A stretch of DNA of 64,000 nt from Hemiscyllium ocellatum (lineage: Eukaryota). The stretch covers positions 11,005,201 through 11,069,200 of the forward strand of contig NC_083435.1 in NCBI RefSeq assembly GCF_020745735.1. Direction: 5' to 3'. Below are positions 61,205 to 64,000 of the stretch, piece by piece; the stretch's first letter is position 1, and each line of letters begins with the position of its first letter. Position numbers and translations under genes: made by a program. The notes beneath the pieces are model-generated. The model did not search any database, was not told the DNA's origin, and worked only from the letters and a program-made list of their open reading frames with translations.

Positions 61205-63122
61205 AGCTGCAAATGTGTTGCTGGTCAAAGCACAGCAGGTTAGGCAGCATCTCAGGAATAGAGAATTCGACGTTTCGAGCATAAGCCCTTCATCAGGAAT
61301 AAGAGAGAGAGAGCCAAGCAGGCTGAGATAAAAGGTAGGGAGGAGGGACTAGGGGGAGGGGCGATGGAGGTGGGATAGGTGGAAGGAGGTCAAGGTGAGG
61401 GTGATAGGCCGGAGTGGGGTGGGGGCGGAGAGGTCAGGAAGAGGATTGCAGGTTAGGAGGGCGGTGCTGAGTTGAGGGAACCGACTGAGACAAGGTGGGG
61501 GGAGGGGAAATGAGGAAGCTGGAGAAATCTGAATTCATACCTTGTGGTTGGAGGGTTCCCAGGCGGAAGATGAGGCGCTCCTCCTCCAGCCGTCGTGTAG
61601 TTGTGTTCTGCCGGTGGAGGAGTCCAAGGACCTGCATGTCCTCGGTGGAGTGGGAGGGGGAGTTAAAGTGTTGAGCCACGGGGTGATTGGGTTGGTTGGT
61701 TCGGGCGGCCCAGAGGTGTTCTCTGAAGCGTTCCGCAAGTAAGCGGCCTGTCTCACCAATATAGAGGAGGCCACATCGGGTGCAGCGGATGCAATAGATG
61801 ATGTGTGTGGAGGTACAGGTGAACTTGTGGCGGATATGGAAGGATCCCTTGGGGCCTTGGAGGGAAGTGAGTGTGGAGGTGTGGGCGCAAGTTTTACATT
61901 TCCTGCGGTTGCAGGGGAAGGTGCCGGGGGTGGAGGTCGGGTTGGTGGGGGGTGTGGATCTGACAAGGGAGTCACGAAGGGAGTGGTCCTTGCGGAACGC
62001 TGATAGGGGAGGGGAGGGAAATATATCCTTGGTGGTGGGGTCCGTTTGGAGGTGGCGGAAATGGCGGCGGATAATACGTTGTATGCGCAGGTTGGTGGGG
62101 TGGTAGGTGAGAACCAGTGGGGTTCTGTCTTGGTGGCGGTTGGAGGAGCGGGGCTCAAGGGCGGAGGAGCGGGAAGTGGAGGAGATGCGGTGGAGGGCAT
62201 CGTCGATCACGTCTGGGGGGAATCTGCGGTCCTTGAAGAAGGAGGCCATCTGGGCTGTGCGGTGTTGGAATTGGTCCTCCTGGGAGCAGATGCGGCGGAG
62301 ACGAAGGAATTGGGAATATGGGATGGCGTTTTTACAGGGGGCAGGGTGGGAGGAGGTGTAGTCCAGGTAGCTGTGGGAGTCAGTCGGTTTATAGTAAATG
62401 TCTGTGTTGAGTCGGTCGCCCGAGATAGAAATGGAAAGGTCTAGGAAGGGGAGGGAGGAGTCTGAGACAGTCCAGGTGAATTTCAGGTCGGGATGGAAGG
62501 TGTTAGTAAAGTTGATGAACTGTTCAACCTCCTCGTGGGAGCACGAGGCAGCGCCGATACAGTCATCGATGTAGCGGAGGAAAAGGTGGGGGGTGGTGCC
62601 AGTGTAGTTGCGGAAGATGGACTGTTCCACATATCCTACGAAGAGGCAGGCATAGCTGGGGCCCATGCGGGTGCCCATGGCAACTCCTTTAGTTTGGAGG
62701 AAGTGGGAGGATTGAAAAGAGAAGTTATTCAGGGTGAGGACCAGTTCAGTCAGTCGAAGGAGGGTGTCAGTGGAAGGGTACTGGTTGGTGCGGCGGGAAA
62801 GGAAGAAGCGGAGGGCTTTGAGTCCTTCGTGATGGGGGATGGAGGTGTACAGGGACTGGATGTCCATAGTGAAAATAAGGCGTTGGGGACCGGGGAAGCG
62901 AAAATCCTGGAGGAGGTGGAGGGCGTGGGTGGTGTCCCGAACGTAGGTGGGGAGTTCTTGGACTAAAGGGGACAGGACCGTGTCGAGGTATTGGGAGATG
63001 AGTTCGGTGGGGCAGGAGCAGGCTGAGACAATGGGTCGGCCGGGGCAGGCAGGTTTGTGGATTTTGGGCAGGAGGTAGAAACGGGCGGTGCGGGGTTGTG
63101 GGACTCCCAGGGGATCTCCCAT
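61205..63122 (-). mobile_element. Young Penelope-like element, left arm (RT + GIY-YIG endonuclease; ORF 61434-63122, 562 aa)
   Basis: Uninterrupted ORF with FYLLPKIHK, GRPIVS, MDIQSLYTSIPH, GVAMG, RYIDD, LPFLD and IIYCIRC...YIGETGR...RFREH. 3' terminal region contains a hammerhead motif. 5'-truncated. Confidence 0.95.
61265..61300 (-). ncRNA. Minimal hammerhead ribozyme motif in the Penelope terminal repeat
   Basis: ATTC-CTGATGA-A-GGGC TTAT GCTC-GAAA-CGTC^GAAT: complete core, stem II, palindromic ACGT stem III, GUC cleavage triplet, 4-bp stem I. PLE-associated minimal HHRs are established. Activity untested. Confidence 0.7.
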
Positions 63123-64000
63123 CCACCGCCTCCAACCTCATAGTCCCACAACCCCGCACCGCCCGTTTCTACCTCCTGCCCAAAATCCACAAACCTGCCT
63201 GCCCCGGCCGACCCATTGTCTCAGCCTGCTCCTGCCCCACCGAACTCATCTCCCAATACCTCGACACGGTCCTGTCCCCTTTAGTCCAAGAACTCCCCAC
63301 CTACGTTCGGGACACCACCCACGCCCTCCACCTCCTCCAGGATTTTCGCTTCCCCGGTCCCCAACGCCTTATTTTCACTATGGACATCCAGTCCCTGTAC
63401 ACCTCCATCCCCCATCACGAAGGACTCAAAGCCCTCCGCTTCTTCCTTTCCCGCCGCACCAACCAGTACCCTTCCACTGACACCCTCCTTCGACTGACTG
63501 AACTGGTCCTCACCCTGAATAACTTCTCTTTTCAATCCTCCCACTTCCTCCAAATTAAAGGAGTTGCCATGGGCACCCGCATGGGCCCCAGCTATGCCTG
63601 CCTCTTCGTAGGATATGTGGAACAGTCCATCTTCCGCAACTACACTGGCACCACCCCCCACCTTTTCCTCCGCTACATCGATGACTGTATCGGCGCTGCC
63701 TCGTGCTCCCACGAGGAGGTTGAACAGTTCATCAACTTTACTAACACCTTCCATCCCGACCTGAAATTCACCTGGACTGTCTCAGACTCCTCCCTCCCCT
63801 TCCTAGACCTTTCCATTTCTATCTCGGGCGACCGACTCAACACAGACATTTACTATAATCCGACTGACTCCCACAGCTACCTGGACTACACCTCCTCCCA
63901 CCCTGCCCCCTGTAAAAACGCCATCCCATATTCCCAATTCCTTCGTCTCCGCCGCATCTGCTCCCAGGAGGACCAATTCCAACACCGCACAGCCCAGATG
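63113..64000 (+). mobile_element. Penelope-like element, right (inverted) arm; runs off the window
   Basis: Reverse complement of the left arm, 2 substitutions noticed in about 860 bp. Open RT frame DLPSTASNLIVPQPRTARF... Confidence 0.95.

Noticed and set aside
61535-63985. Numerous overlapping ORFs on both strands of the Penelope arms
   Set aside because: Shadow frames of a GC-rich RT gene, duplicated by the inversion.

Overview
Vertebrate genomic DNA, almost certainly from a cartilaginous fish (shark). This is inferred from HE1-type tRNA-derived SINEs, their partner CR1/HER1-like LINEs and shark-type Penelope elements. The window is a tandem array of minus-strand butyrophilin (BTN/BTNL)-like duplication units. 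Gene A (exon-1/promoter about 13.7-14.0 kb) has signal, IgV, IgC, TM and two 27-nt cytoplasmic exons, and continues off the left edge. Gene B (about 25.4-49.2 kb) can be rebuilt completely: signal-IgV-IgC-TM, four 27-nt mini-exons and a B30.2/PRY-SPRY exon, about 492 aa, all phase-1 introns. Unit C (about 55.0-59.85 kb) keeps the promoter, exon 1, part of the 3'UTR and the polyA signal. It has lost the entire coding body, and a SINE sits on its exon-1 splice donor. The promoters carry an NF-kB + ISRE module that is intact in A and C but eroded in B. The rest is transposon-rich: decayed CR1 LINEs, HE1 and Deu-type SINEs, and Penelope-like elements. The Penelope elements include a young fold-back copy at the right edge and very short TSD-flanked derivatives carrying minimal hammerhead-ribozyme motifs. 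Exon boundaries were read by eye from GT/AG signals, frame and paralog comparison. TE boundaries and identity values are approximate hand estimates.
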